DNA of 64,000 bases from a virus. A program made the translations under genes and the position numbers. Every line of letters begins with the position of its first letter. The first letter of the stretch is position 1. The DNA is taken from the IMG/VR virus record IMGVR_UViG_3300040801_002948, positions 1-64,000 of that record. The stretch is one strand, 5' to 3'. Positions 8,647 through 17,256 of the stretch are shown one piece after another. The notes beneath the pieces were generated by a model. It did not search any database. It was not told the origin of the DNA and worked only from the letters and a program-made list of their open reading frames with translations.

Positions 8647-9236
8647 TGAAAGCATTAAAGCTTGCAGGTTTTTTTGTTTGGATGGCAGTAGCTATTTTTG
8701 TTACCCAAAATTTTTTGAATGTTCTGGATTTTCTTGAAGAAGAAAACACGAGCAGCAAGATATCAAGAAACCACATTTCCTTTCGGGAAAAAGCTTTTCC
8801 TGATTCAGTCAAATTGCCGTATGGCATTGTTGGCGGAAAAAATAATACAATAAAACCACACAGAATGTACGAAATCAACAGAGACAAAGAAGGCAATGAA
8901 ATGCTGATTGCAGAAATGGATGACAGCTACCTTGTCACCAAGGAGAATTGGCTGTTAAAAAGGCTTGATGACGTTAATAACATGATGGACGGAAAGCACG
9001 AAATTCCAGCTTCGCAGCGGGGCCTTTTATCTGCGCGGATTATGGAAATGGACACTGAAGAACTTCAAGAACTTCAAAAGCGTTTGTTAAAGCAAATGTA
9101 CCCGTATATTGCAGAACTTTATTTGCGGGGCTTGTATGACTGCCAAGAACGGCTTCAAGTTGTATTGGGCCGCGCCGGGCAGTTGCGTATAAAGTTGCCC
9201 ACTGAAGTCTTGCCGCCGGCCCCTAATGACTATTAA
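8646..9236 (+). CDS. membrane-anchored hypothetical protein (196 aa)
   Basis: TAATG overlap with the upstream ORF. N-terminal TM LAGFFVWMAVAIFV. Contains an in-frame internal ATG (8865) preceded by AAAACCACACAGA. Confidence 0.55.
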   Translation: MKALKLAGFFVWMAVAIFVTQNFLNVLDFLEEENTSSKISRNHISFREKAFPDSVKLPYGIVGGKNNTIKPHRMYEINRDKEGNEMLIAEMDDSYLVTKENWLLKRLDDVNNMMDGKHEIPASQRGLLSARIMEMDTEELQELQKRLLKQMYPYIAELYLRGLYDCQERLQVVLGRAGQLRIKLPTEVLPPAPNDY

Positions 9237-9239
9237 AGA

Positions 9240-9256
9240 TTTTGTTTGTTAACGAT
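9240..9256 (+). other. anti-leader site A (reverse complement of the conserved leader core)
   Basis: TTTTGTTTGTTAACGAT compared with the reverse complement of ATCGTTAACAACAAAA: one extra T. Lies between the TAA at 9234-9236 and the terminator at 9262-9303. Confidence 0.6.
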
Positions 9257-9261
9257 TTTCC

Positions 9262-9303
9262 GCGCGCGCCTTGCAGGTTCTCAGCCTATGGCGCGCGCTT
9301 TTT
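9262..9303 (+). terminator. intrinsic terminator
   Basis: GCGCGCGCC / GGCGCGCGC stem followed by TTTTT. Confidence 0.75.
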
Positions 9304-9314
9304 AATTTGCAGCC

Positions 9315-9719
9315 ATGAAAAGCCTGTTTCAGAAAATTGCTGAATTCTTTTTCCCATTAAAAACCGTTTCCCGTCCGTTCTATGGGCACGCGGGCACTGA
9401 CAGCGGCTTTGTATGCTGGCTACCTGAAGAAGCGGGCACAGCGTCAAAGTATGCGCGTTTCGTGGGCCGTTTTTCGCCTGTCACCGATTGTTTAGACAAA
9501 GCAGCGGTTTTTTCAGTTATTGACGTTGAAGAAGATGAAGGCGCGTATAAAGTTTTTGACGCTGAAGACCTTGAACGCTTGATGAAAGACATTTTCAGCC
9601 TTGAAAGGGAATTTCCCAAAAATGTTTACGTGCCAAAAGATGTTGTTTACGGCGACCAGCAAAGCAGCATCTTTGTAGACAGGACAACAAAGGTTGCAAA
9701 CCCGTTCTATTTGGATTAA
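9315..9719 (+). CDS. hypothetical protein (134 aa)
   Basis: Clean ORF with an ATG start. Confidence 0.55.
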   Translation: MKSLFQKIAEFFFPLKTVSRPFYGHAGTDSGFVCWLPEEAGTASKYARFVGRFSPVTDCLDKAAVFSVIDVEEDEGAYKVFDAEDLERLMKDIFSLEREFPKNVYVPKDVVYGDQQSSIFVDRTTKVANPFYLD

Positions 9720-9763
9720 ATAAACATTTTGCATATATTGTTGACGCTTCAAAACAACAATAT

Positions 9764-11506
9764 ATGGCCACACAGACCGAAAGTACACAAGCTACTGATA
9801 ATGAGCGGGTTGTAGATAATGCGAACTTGTTCGGGCGTTTTTACGCTCGAATGATAAAGCGGGACATTAAAATAAAAGTGTCCGCGCACGCAGTTAGTAT
9901 AATGTTGACTTCTTTTGTCACTTATACTGTTTTTGTAAACACGTTCAATGCCATTGGATTGACCGGGCGCTTTATTGCTGCTGTTTCTGTTTTCCTTTCC
10001 ATTATTGTAAGCTTGTCAATTGAATCAGGTTTTACCGATCAATGGCACCTGTTTTTTCGCCAAAAGCTTTATGAAGGCAATGGCGAAAGCTGGATAAGGA
10101 TGAAGAAGGTAAACCTTTTCAAGCTGATTCTTTTTAGCGTGCTTAACCCTTTGACGCTGACTATAGGCGGCATTAATGTCGGGAACAATGTTCTTCCAAC
10201 GTACAAAGGCTATGACGTTTCAAAGCTTCATAGTGTCTTCCAATCTCAAAAAAGCGAAGTTGACAGCAAAGCAGAAAAAAGGGTGAGTTATTACAGTGAC
10301 TTGCAGAAAGGTCAGGAAGAACTTATAAAAGCGAAGTATGAAAAGCTAATTGCCAGTGCAGAAGCTGAACAGGTTAGATGGGACAGCTTAGAAAAAATTA
10401 GGAACAAGACTTATCTTTCCTTGAAAACAAAAGCCATACAGCAGGCGCAAAAGTACGCGGCTGATATGGCCGGCGAACTTGCCGCTGTTTCAAGCAAGTA
10501 TGAAGAAAAAAGGCAAAGTGAGCTAAACGCGGCCATAGCGGAAAAAGAAAGGATTGAATCGGTTTATCAGGAAAGGAAAAACCAGCTTGAAGAAACGCAC
10601 GGCACCGGGCGCACGATTCATAATACTACCCGGTGGACGTTAAAGATTTTTTCAGTCCTAGTTGGTTTTTTCGCTTGGGTGGTGGTCATTTTTGCCAGTT
10701 ATCAAGAAGAACTTTATGCTTTTGAAACGCGGCAAGATATGGGCGCGGAAGAAGCGGATTTGACCGATTCAGCTTTTCGCAGGCTTCAGGCAAGCCTTGG
10801 CAGTAATGTTCAAACACGGCTTCATAATTTGGCGGCAATGGCTGAATCAGTAGCGCCGGAAAAAAGGGATAGAGAATATTACCGGCAAAACGGTTTTAAA
10901 GTCTTCCAGCGCGTTGGAAGCGTTGAAGCCCGTGAAGCTGAGCGCCAAGCAAAGCAAATGGCTGAGCGTTTGAAGGAAGAAGAAAAAATTGCAGAACTTA
11001 CAAGGCAAATTCAGGATTTGAAGGCAAAGCTTTCAACTGTGGTTGAACAAAAACCAGCGGTTCCAACAGTTGTCCCAAAAGCCGAAGCACCGGCAAGGCC
11101 ACCTGAAAAAGAAAGCGCTTCTGTTTCAGAGCGGCCGGATTTTTCAAGGCCACTTTTGAATATTGGCAAAGTTCAATATCAGGAAGGGCGCACAAAAATA
11201 AAAGGGCTGGAAATAGAAATGCGGAGCGGGCAGGCTTTTTTTGTCCATAAGTTTAAAAAGAAGGGTAAAGCGCTGGAAGCCTTGAAAGACCAAGACTATT
11301 GCCGCACGGCTCAAGGCACGTATAAAACAAGGGTAAAGGAAAGCACCGAAAAGCTTGTCCAACTTGAACTTCAGGGCGGTTCAGAAAAGTCTATTGCCCG
11401 GGCCCGGCGCGCCCTTGAAAATCGCAATGAAAAGTACCGATATTGGTCTTTGGCTTATATTGTGCTTCAGTCACTCAATAAACAGTTTAACAACCAATTC
11501 AAATGA
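9764..11506 (+). CDS. large multi-TM / coiled-coil membrane protein (580 aa)
   Basis: Several hydrophobic segments (residues about 45-90, 115-140 and 290-315), separated by long E/K/Q-rich helical regions. Confidence 0.65.
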   Translation: MATQTESTQATDNERVVDNANLFGRFYARMIKRDIKIKVSAHAVSIMLTSFVTYTVFVNTFNAIGLTGRFIAAVSVFLSIIVSLSIESGFTDQWHLFFRQKLYEGNGESWIRMKKVNLFKLILFSVLNPLTLTIGGINVGNNVLPTYKGYDVSKLHSVFQSQKSEVDSKAEKRVSYYSDLQKGQEELIKAKYEKLIASAEAEQVRWDSLEKIRNKTYLSLKTKAIQQAQKYAADMAGELAAVSSKYEEKRQSELNAAIAEKERIESVYQERKNQLEETHGTGRTIHNTTRWTLKIFSVLVGFFAWVVVIFASYQEELYAFETRQDMGAEEADLTDSAFRRLQASLGSNVQTRLHNLAAMAESVAPEKRDREYYRQNGFKVFQRVGSVEAREAERQAKQMAERLKEEEKIAELTRQIQDLKAKLSTVVEQKPAVPTVVPKAEAPARPPEKESASVSERPDFSRPLLNIGKVQYQEGRTKIKGLEIEMRSGQAFFVHKFKKKGKALEALKDQDYCRTAQGTYKTRVKESTEKLVQLELQGGSEKSIARARRALENRNEKYRYWSLAYIVLQSLNKQFNNQFK

Positions 11507-11826
11507 GAAAGCAAAGAATAAAAGCGGCTATTGATTACGCTGCAAAGCTGTTTGTGCTTCTGCTGAACCAAGCCGGGCTTTGGGTTGCGGTTTCAAGTAC
11601 GTCAGGTTTTTTCCATTGGCTTATGTGGTTTGTTTTTGTATTCATGACAGTTGGCGTTGTCTTGTCACAAGTTGCTGAAGGCTTGGCTTTTTACCACGTC
11701 AAAAGGTATGAACGCGAAAATGAAATAAGCTTTGCCCGGAATTACGCGGCGGCTTTGTATGCTTCAAGGCGATTCAATTACAGCGTTGCAAAAAAAGCAA
11801 TTGACCGGCTTTTGAATGTCAAATAA
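11503..11826 (+). CDS. membrane protein (107 aa, 2 TM)
   Basis: ATGA overlap with the upstream ORF. TM segments: LFVLLLNQAGLWVAV and LMWFVFVFMTVGVVL. The stop TAA lies inside the palindrome-like TCAAATAATTTGG. Confidence 0.6.
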   Translation: MRKQRIKAAIDYAAKLFVLLLNQAGLWVAVSSTSGFFHWLMWFVFVFMTVGVVLSQVAEGLAFYHVKRYERENEISFARNYAAALYASRRFNYSVAKKAIDRLLNVK

Positions 11827-11879
11827 TTTGGATTTTGTTTTTTATTCCTGTATGTTTGCAACTATAAACCACACATGAC
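11819..11879 (+). promoter_or_regulatory. promoter copy with diverged leader
   Basis: TCAAATAATTTGG, N20, TATGTTTG (a TAnnTTTG match), leader CAACTATAAACCACACATGAC, ATG at 11880. Confidence 0.55.
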
Positions 11880-12869
11880 ATGAGTACAAGCAAAACAACT
11901 ACCACAAAGAAGGCGGCACCGGCAAAGAAACCGGTGGCTAAAGCAAAAAGCGTTGAAGACATTTACAGCGCGGCGGAATTAGAAGCTTTAAGCCGTATTT
12001 ACGGCAAGCTTGACGGCCTTGATTTTATTGTGAGCAAGGCCGAACAAGTGAAGGCAAATCTTCAGCTTTGGCTTCAGGGCTGTAAGACTAACCCGGAATG
12101 GGTGAAGAAGATTAAAGACGGCCGCCGGTTGTCTTCTGTTGACGCGCAATTGACGCGCCTGAAGGCTACTGCGATGTTTGGCCCTTACGGCGCTAAATGG
12201 GGCGTCAGAAAAAAGAAGTTCGACCTTCAGGACTTGGGGCCTGTTGACATCGGCGGTGGCCGTTCAGTGCCTGCCCTTTTGCTGATGCTTACAGCAGAAT
12301 TTTACTATCCAAGCCCTATTGACGGCACAGAAATCAGCTTTGAGACAGAAGGAAGCATTTGGGTTTTTCAGGTTGAGCGGGGCGTTTACAAGCCGGTCAC
12401 AGACCTTATGAAGCGGGTTTCAACGGCCGTTGTCAGCAAATCGCTTTCTTTTATTGGGGTTAATTCTGATGTATTTGAAGGCCGGTTTGATGACCAAGAA
12501 TATCAGCACCAAATTGGTGAACATTTCCAGCCGTTTTTGGCTGAAGTGCCTGACGCGAAGCCGCCAAAAGCACAGCCAAAAACAAGCGCGCCTTCACCGG
12601 TCATTGAATTCAACAAAGACCAAGTGAAGCAACTATTCAAGTGGTTCAACGCTGAATGGGATTCAAATGGCGTGAAGTCTTTCCTTGAATCGAAAGGCTA
12701 TGACATTGACGAAAACAGCCTTAACAAAATCAAGTGGGCTAAGTTCTTCTTCAATCAAATGGCCCAAGATGGAAAGGTTGAACCGGATGACTTTGATAAA
12801 AAAGTGAATCAAAGCTTTGCAACGCTTATCCGTGAAAGCTGGAAAGATTACGCTAATGCACAAAAGTAA
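11880..12869 (+). CDS. hypothetical protein; possible Rad52/Sak-like single-strand annealing protein with a basic AKP-rich N-terminal tail
   Basis: KKAAPAKKPVAKAK tail. AMFGPYGAKWG and SLSFIGVNSDVFEG loosely resemble Rad52-family motifs. The functional call is weak. Confidence 0.35.
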   Translation: MSTSKTTTTKKAAPAKKPVAKAKSVEDIYSAAELEALSRIYGKLDGLDFIVSKAEQVKANLQLWLQGCKTNPEWVKKIKDGRRLSSVDAQLTRLKATAMFGPYGAKWGVRKKKFDLQDLGPVDIGGGRSVPALLLMLTAEFYYPSPIDGTEISFETEGSIWVFQVERGVYKPVTDLMKRVSTAVVSKSLSFIGVNSDVFEGRFDDQEYQHQIGEHFQPFLAEVPDAKPPKAQPKTSAPSPVIEFNKDQVKQLFKWFNAEWDSNGVKSFLESKGYDIDENSLNKIKWAKFFFNQMAQDGKVEPDDFDKKVNQSFATLIRESWKDYANAQK

Positions 12870-13359
12870 ACCTTCACCTTTATGGGCTTATGAAGCGGCT
12901 GAGTATTGGGTCAATTGGTACAGGGCTTTGCCTTCCGTTGACCCAATTCACAAAGCTACTTTGTTGACAGCGCGGCGGAAGCTTGCAGCGGCAAAAGCCG
13001 CGCTGTCAACAGACTTTGGTGAAGCAAGGTATTTGAAAGACTATTTCAAGCACCAAGCAAAGGCAAAGCGTTCAGAGTTTTACAAAGACACTCGCAGCCA
13101 TTACAGCACAAATGAAGACTGTAAAAATGCAGCTTACATAAGGTACGCGGACTTGGAAGAAAAGGCGGCTATTTATGCCGGCCATTATTCACGTCTGGAA
13201 ATGCTTTTAGACAGCATGAAAGACGTGTTAATAAGCATTGGTTACGATATTGCAGAATTAACGGAAGAACGGCGCTACAGTGCGCATATAGAAGCGGCAA
13301 ATATTGGCCGGATGTTAGAAGAAGTAAATAAAAAGCTTAAAAATGAAAACGCTGATTAA
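12856..13359 (+). CDS. hypothetical protein (167 aa)
   Basis: The internal ATG was chosen to minimise overlap. Predicted helical. Confidence 0.45.
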   Translation: MHKSKPSPLWAYEAAEYWVNWYRALPSVDPIHKATLLTARRKLAAAKAALSTDFGEARYLKDYFKHQAKAKRSEFYKDTRSHYSTNEDCKNAAYIRYADLEEKAAIYAGHYSRLEMLLDSMKDVLISIGYDIAELTEERRYSAHIEAANIGRMLEEVNKKLKNENAD

Positions 13360-13645
13360 CGTTGTGGCGGTTTTGGCTGTTGTATTCGCAGCCGCTGTTT
13401 ATTTCCTGCCTGAAAGTTACTTGCCTTTTGATAAGGGCCAACAACATCAGGCAAGAACGGTTTATGTTGTCAATGGTGTCTGGCTGGAAAAGGGCGGAAT
13501 TTACAATTCAAACGAAATAGTAAATTTTTTCCCTAAATTGTCAGGGTTTACGGTTATTGACAGCACCGGCAAGGAAGTCTTTATTGACTTTAAAAATGTT
13601 TCAAATGATTCGATTAATACCCACAAAGTACAGCGGCAAAAATAG
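13343..13645 (+). CDS. N-terminally anchored small protein (100 aa)
   Basis: TM segment LINVVAVLAVVFAAAVYFL. Confidence 0.55.
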   Translation: MKTLINVVAVLAVVFAAAVYFLPESYLPFDKGQQHQARTVYVVNGVWLEKGGIYNSNEIVNFFPKLSGFTVIDSTGKEVFIDFKNVSNDSINTHKVQRQK

Positions 13646-13968
13646 CGTTAGCCTTTCAACGGCTTCGCCTGATTCAAAGCCTTTGCCCGTCTACAGGGGC
13701 AAAAAGCATTATATTTCTAGGTTTGTTCTTGAACGGCCTTTGCGTGTTTTGTGGGTAATATTTGGCGGGAATTTGCATATTTTTTGCAGCCAGCCAGAAA
13801 TTGAAGTATCTGTTTTCCCTGCTGTTTATAAAAAGGTCTTATTGGCCCGTTCTGGCAGCGGTTTTAGTACAAAGTACAGCCTTTCTTTTTTTTCAAGAAT
13901 CGTTTTTTTATTCTTAGGGGCTTACTATTTTAGGTTTCCAAAAACTGAACGCATTAAAATAAAAATTT

Positions 13969-14268
13969 ATGCAGCGTAGTACCTTTTTGAAAATTATTGT
14001 AGCGTTGACACTGCTCAACACTTTAGGGCTTTGCCTTTTGGTTTTTTCAACTGACATATTGAGGCCTGATTCAGTAGTGCAGCATGAAATTGGCGCAAAA
14101 GACAGCCTTGACTTAGAGTTTCAGCGCCTTATGAATGACCGGGTAAATAGCACGCGTCAGCAGTTTTTGAAAAATGACAGCATGTTTGCAACTTTTGCCA
14201 CGGAAACCCGTAAATTGAGTGTTAGGAACGCGAAGCTGATAGACAGCTTGGTTGTTCAAAAAGAATAG
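13969..14268 (+). CDS. N-terminally anchored small protein (99 aa)
   Basis: TM segment FLKIIVALTLLNTLGLCLLVF. First gene after a 320-bp ORF-free spacer. Confidence 0.55.
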   Translation: MQRSTFLKIIVALTLLNTLGLCLLVFSTDILRPDSVVQHEIGAKDSLDLEFQRLMNDRVNSTRQQFLKNDSMFATFATETRKLSVRNAKLIDSLVVQKE

Positions 14269-14273
14269 GGGCT

Positions 14274-14900
14274 TTGGCGGGCATAAAAAACAAGGCAGTG
14301 CAAAAGGAAGTATTACTAGCGATTATCAGCGCTATAGGCGGCGGCGTTTTGACTTTTATCATTAACCTGTTCAGGGAATCAAAAAGTACCTATCAGCTAG
14401 TCTTTAAAGAAAGGCAAGAAGAACTTCAGCGCTTGCGCGAAGATTTTGAAGCCTTGAAAAGCGTATGGGCCGAACAGGTTGAAAAAACGCAACATTCAAA
14501 AGCGAAAATATCAGACTTGCGAAGCCAGATTTTAATGATGCAAGTCTCTGAAAACTCTTTTCCTTTCCCGCAGTGGCTGTCATCTTCTTCTGACCTTGAA
14601 TTATTATCTTTTAATGACTTGTTTGTTAAAGAACTTGTAAGCAAGTTCAGCAAACAAACGCGGGCAGAAATCACAGGAAAACCAATTGAAGAAGTCCTGC
14701 CTGATGACTTAGGCAGGGCTTTTGTTTCTGAAGCAAACAAAGTTCTTGAGACAAAAGCGGCTGTTTATTCTTTGGTCAATGTAAACAATACCGTTTATCT
14801 TGTCATAAAATATCCTAGCATGTTTGAAGACAATATATTTGCCATCAATGGAATGGGCATTAACTTTGACAAAATATCAAACGCTTGCACTTATGAATGA
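14274..14900 (+). CDS. membrane-anchored coiled-coil protein with PAS-like C-terminal domain
   Basis: TTG start, with no in-frame ATG before residue ~88. TM segment LLAIISAIGGGVLTFIINLF. C-terminal ITGKPIEEVLPDDLGRAFVSEANKVLETKAAVYSLVNVNNTVYLVIKYPSMFEDNIFAINGMGINF fits a PAS-fold pattern. Confidence 0.45.
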   Translation: MAGIKNKAVQKEVLLAIISAIGGGVLTFIINLFRESKSTYQLVFKERQEELQRLREDFEALKSVWAEQVEKTQHSKAKISDLRSQILMMQVSENSFPFPQWLSSSSDLELLSFNDLFVKELVSKFSKQTRAEITGKPIEEVLPDDLGRAFVSEANKVLETKAAVYSLVNVNNTVYLVIKYPSMFEDNIFAINGMGINFDKISNACTYE

Positions 14901-15348
14901 TGATAAGATAACTTTGATTCCGACTTTTAACGCACCTGAAAAGAACTATATGTCAGCGGTGGCAAAGTTTTCAGAAAGCGCTTCAACAGGTGTTTGTCGG
15001 GATTATTTTTTACTTACCACAATGCTAACGCCACCACGTAGCCTTTGGCGGGCCCCTGAAGCTCAAACACCAAAAGGCTTTGCCAGTGCTTACCGTCAGT
15101 ATTTGCAAACAATTGATGCACCGCGCGCGCTTGAAGCGCTTGTTCAGTTTATGAAAAGCAGGCGGGTAAAGCATTTATTTTTGGTGACTACAAAAACAAA
15201 AAGGTCTTATGAAGGCGCGCTTGTGCTGCTTGATTTTGTCAAGGAATACGGTATGCAAGTAAACATGAATAACCGCCGGTTCAATATGAACGCAATAAAG
15301 GCAGGGGAAGAAGCCCCGCTGCCTGAAGAAGATGGCCTTCTTTTTTAG
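14893..15348 (+). CDS. hypothetical protein (151 aa)
   Basis: Start set at the ATG overlapping the upstream stop (ATGAATGA). Confidence 0.45.
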   Translation: MNDDKITLIPTFNAPEKNYMSAVAKFSESASTGVCRDYFLLTTMLTPPRSLWRAPEAQTPKGFASAYRQYLQTIDAPRALEALVQFMKSRRVKHLFLVTTKTKRSYEGALVLLDFVKEYGMQVNMNNRRFNMNAIKAGEEAPLPEEDGLLF

Positions 15349-15354
15349 TAGTTG

Positions 15355-15423
15355 TTAAATTATTTGGTTTTTCAAATAGTTTGGCATAACTTAGCGTCAT
15401 CGTTAACAAAAACCACACAGGCG
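15355..15423 (+). promoter_or_regulatory. promoter-leader element, decayed copy
   Basis: TTAAATTATTTGG. Degenerate -7 TAACTTAG. Leader GTCATCGTTAACAAAAACCACACAGGCG. ATG at 15424. Confidence 0.45.
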
Positions 15424-16128
15424 ATGACTGAAAAATTCAAACCTTTTAAGCCAGTCCGTTACAAAGCTATTCCATTAGTCAGGCCGGGCAGCAAGTTAGC
15501 TAAAGAATACCACGGCGACCACAGGCGGCGCGTTGAACACAACGTCAGCGTCTATTGTGGGTTTTCAGGGGCTTTTGAAGCTTTTGCTTTGATGCTTGAG
15601 TTAAAGGATTTGTATTGGAAAGCCTACCACAAGCACGGGCGCGCCTGTATGGAATTTAACCCTGAAGCAAGCGTTGCTTTGCGTGCCCTTCCGGATGAAA
15701 TTGATTACTATGCAATTTCTGAAGGAATCCCAAAGGGTTTTGACCGTCACAATTCTCGCCATACCTGTTTGGTCGAAAGCATTGAAAATTGGGAGGAAAC
15801 GACAATGAAAAGACAAGGGCCCTTGCTCAAGTGCTTTCAAGGCCTAAGCTTTATTTTTTGGGTATCAATGACCGGCAAGGTGACCGGCAAAGAAGAAGAA
15901 ATTGCCGAAAAAGTGTCAATTATGGCGCGCAATTCAAAAAGCTTTGTTGGCCTGTTTTATACCGGTACTTCAGGGAATTTTATTGTATCTTCAAGCTATC
16001 AGCCGACAAGGAAGAAGGCCCTGTCAGAAGCACTTGCTGAAAAGGGTTTAAAATTCGTGTTTGTGCCTTCAAAGGTGCCCGGTTTTGAATGGCTTTCAAT
16101 TAACCTTTTAAACTTTGAAAAATGCTAG
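15424..16128 (+). CDS. hypothetical protein (234 aa)
   Basis: Start at the ATG after the leader. The ORF-track extension is a translation of the element. Confidence 0.6.
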   Translation: MTEKFKPFKPVRYKAIPLVRPGSKLAKEYHGDHRRRVEHNVSVYCGFSGAFEAFALMLELKDLYWKAYHKHGRACMEFNPEASVALRALPDEIDYYAISEGIPKGFDRHNSRHTCLVESIENWEETTMKRQGPLLKCFQGLSFIFWVSMTGKVTGKEEEIAEKVSIMARNSKSFVGLFYTGTSGNFIVSSSYQPTRKKALSEALAEKGLKFVFVPSKVPGFEWLSINLLNFEKC

Positions 16129-16556
16129 ATTTTAGCGGCAAGTCCGCAGAAGAAATTATTGAAGTGCTGGAAGGGCTTGGCGATGTTGTGCCCAACCAGA
16201 CCTATCAGCGCGAACTTTCGCCTGAAGAACTGGAAGACCGCAAGCGGGCTATTGTTGAAACAGCCAAAGACTTGCTTGAAGTTACCGCAGAGAAAAAACA
16301 AATTGCGAAGCAGTACAACGACCGCCTGAAAGAGTTGCGCAAAAAGTCAGGTGAACTTGTCACTGAAATACAGACCGGCTTCACGGAAGAAGTAGGCACG
16401 CTTTATTTGGTGCCTGACTATGCCACCGGGAAAATGCTTATTTATGACGCTGACGGCGGCCTTGTCCTGAAGCGCGCGCTTCAGGCGGGTGAGCGTCAGT
16501 CTTCATTGTTACGTGAATTAAATAACCAAAGATTGAAAGATGGAACCAACGATTAA
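16122..16556 (+). CDS. hypothetical protein (144 aa)
   Basis: Overlapping start. Central coiled-coil. Confidence 0.55.
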   Translation: MLDFSGKSAEEIIEVLEGLGDVVPNQTYQRELSPEELEDRKRAIVETAKDLLEVTAEKKQIAKQYNDRLKELRKKSGELVTEIQTGFTEEVGTLYLVPDYATGKMLIYDADGGLVLKRALQAGERQSSLLRELNNQRLKDGTND

Positions 16557-17256
16557 AATTGAAAACTTACCTGATGACGGGCTGAATATCAGGACGGGTG
16601 ACCTTCCGGACATAATTGAACGCCAAGGCTTTGACCTGTCAGCAAACATTGACGCGCCGTTTGATTTTTGCCTTCAGCAAAGGCCCGCGCCTGAAACGTC
16701 CTTGTTTATTGTGAGCCGCGAAGACGCTTGCGTTGTTTTCAGGACTAATATAAACATGCCTGAAAGCTTTCAGGATGAAATCAAAGGCACTGTTTTTGTT
16801 ACGAATGAAGCGGCTTATTTGTGCGGCGGTAATTCGTATGCGCCCGCAAGCCTTGGCAAGTATTTGCGCGAACGTGCGGCGCTTTTGTTTGAAGACCAAG
16901 CCGGGGCGGGTATTCTTATTTCCCGGCTGATAAACCTTGAAGCGAAAGTTGAAAAGGAACTGAAAGCGTCCGAAAATGAAGAACGCACAAAGAAATCAAT
17001 GATTTTAAACACGATCATTGAAACGAACCTGCCAAAGTCAATTGACTTCAAAATGAGGATTATTGAAGGCGAAGACCCGGTTTCGGTCACGGTTCCGCTG
17101 TGGGTTGAAGAACGGAACGGCAGCGTTTATGCAACCTTAGACTTTGGGCCATATTTTTTAGAAGATATCATTTCAGAAGTATTGGAAACCCGGATTAGTG
17201 CTTTTCAGAAGCGCACAGGCGGCAATTACACTTTCTATCGTGTAGACTACCGATAG
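16540..17256 (+). CDS. hypothetical protein (238 aa)
   Basis: Clean ORF that overlaps the upstream gene by 17 nt. Confidence 0.55.
   Translation: MEPTIKIENLPDDGLNIRTGDLPDIIERQGFDLSANIDAPFDFCLQQRPAPETSLFIVSREDACVVFRTNINMPESFQDEIKGTVFVTNEAAYLCGGNSYAPASLGKYLRERAALLFEDQAGAGILISRLINLEAKVEKELKASENEERTKKSMILNTIIETNLPKSIDFKMRIIEGEDPVSVTVPLWVEERNGSVYATLDFGPYFLEDIISEVLETRISAFQKRTGGNYTFYRVDYR

Noticed and set aside
13557-13979. A 140-aa track ORF spans the 13.6-13.97 kb spacer.
   Set aside because: It overlaps the 3' end of 13343-13645, runs through T-rich low-complexity sequence, has an implausible composition and lacks the usual start context.
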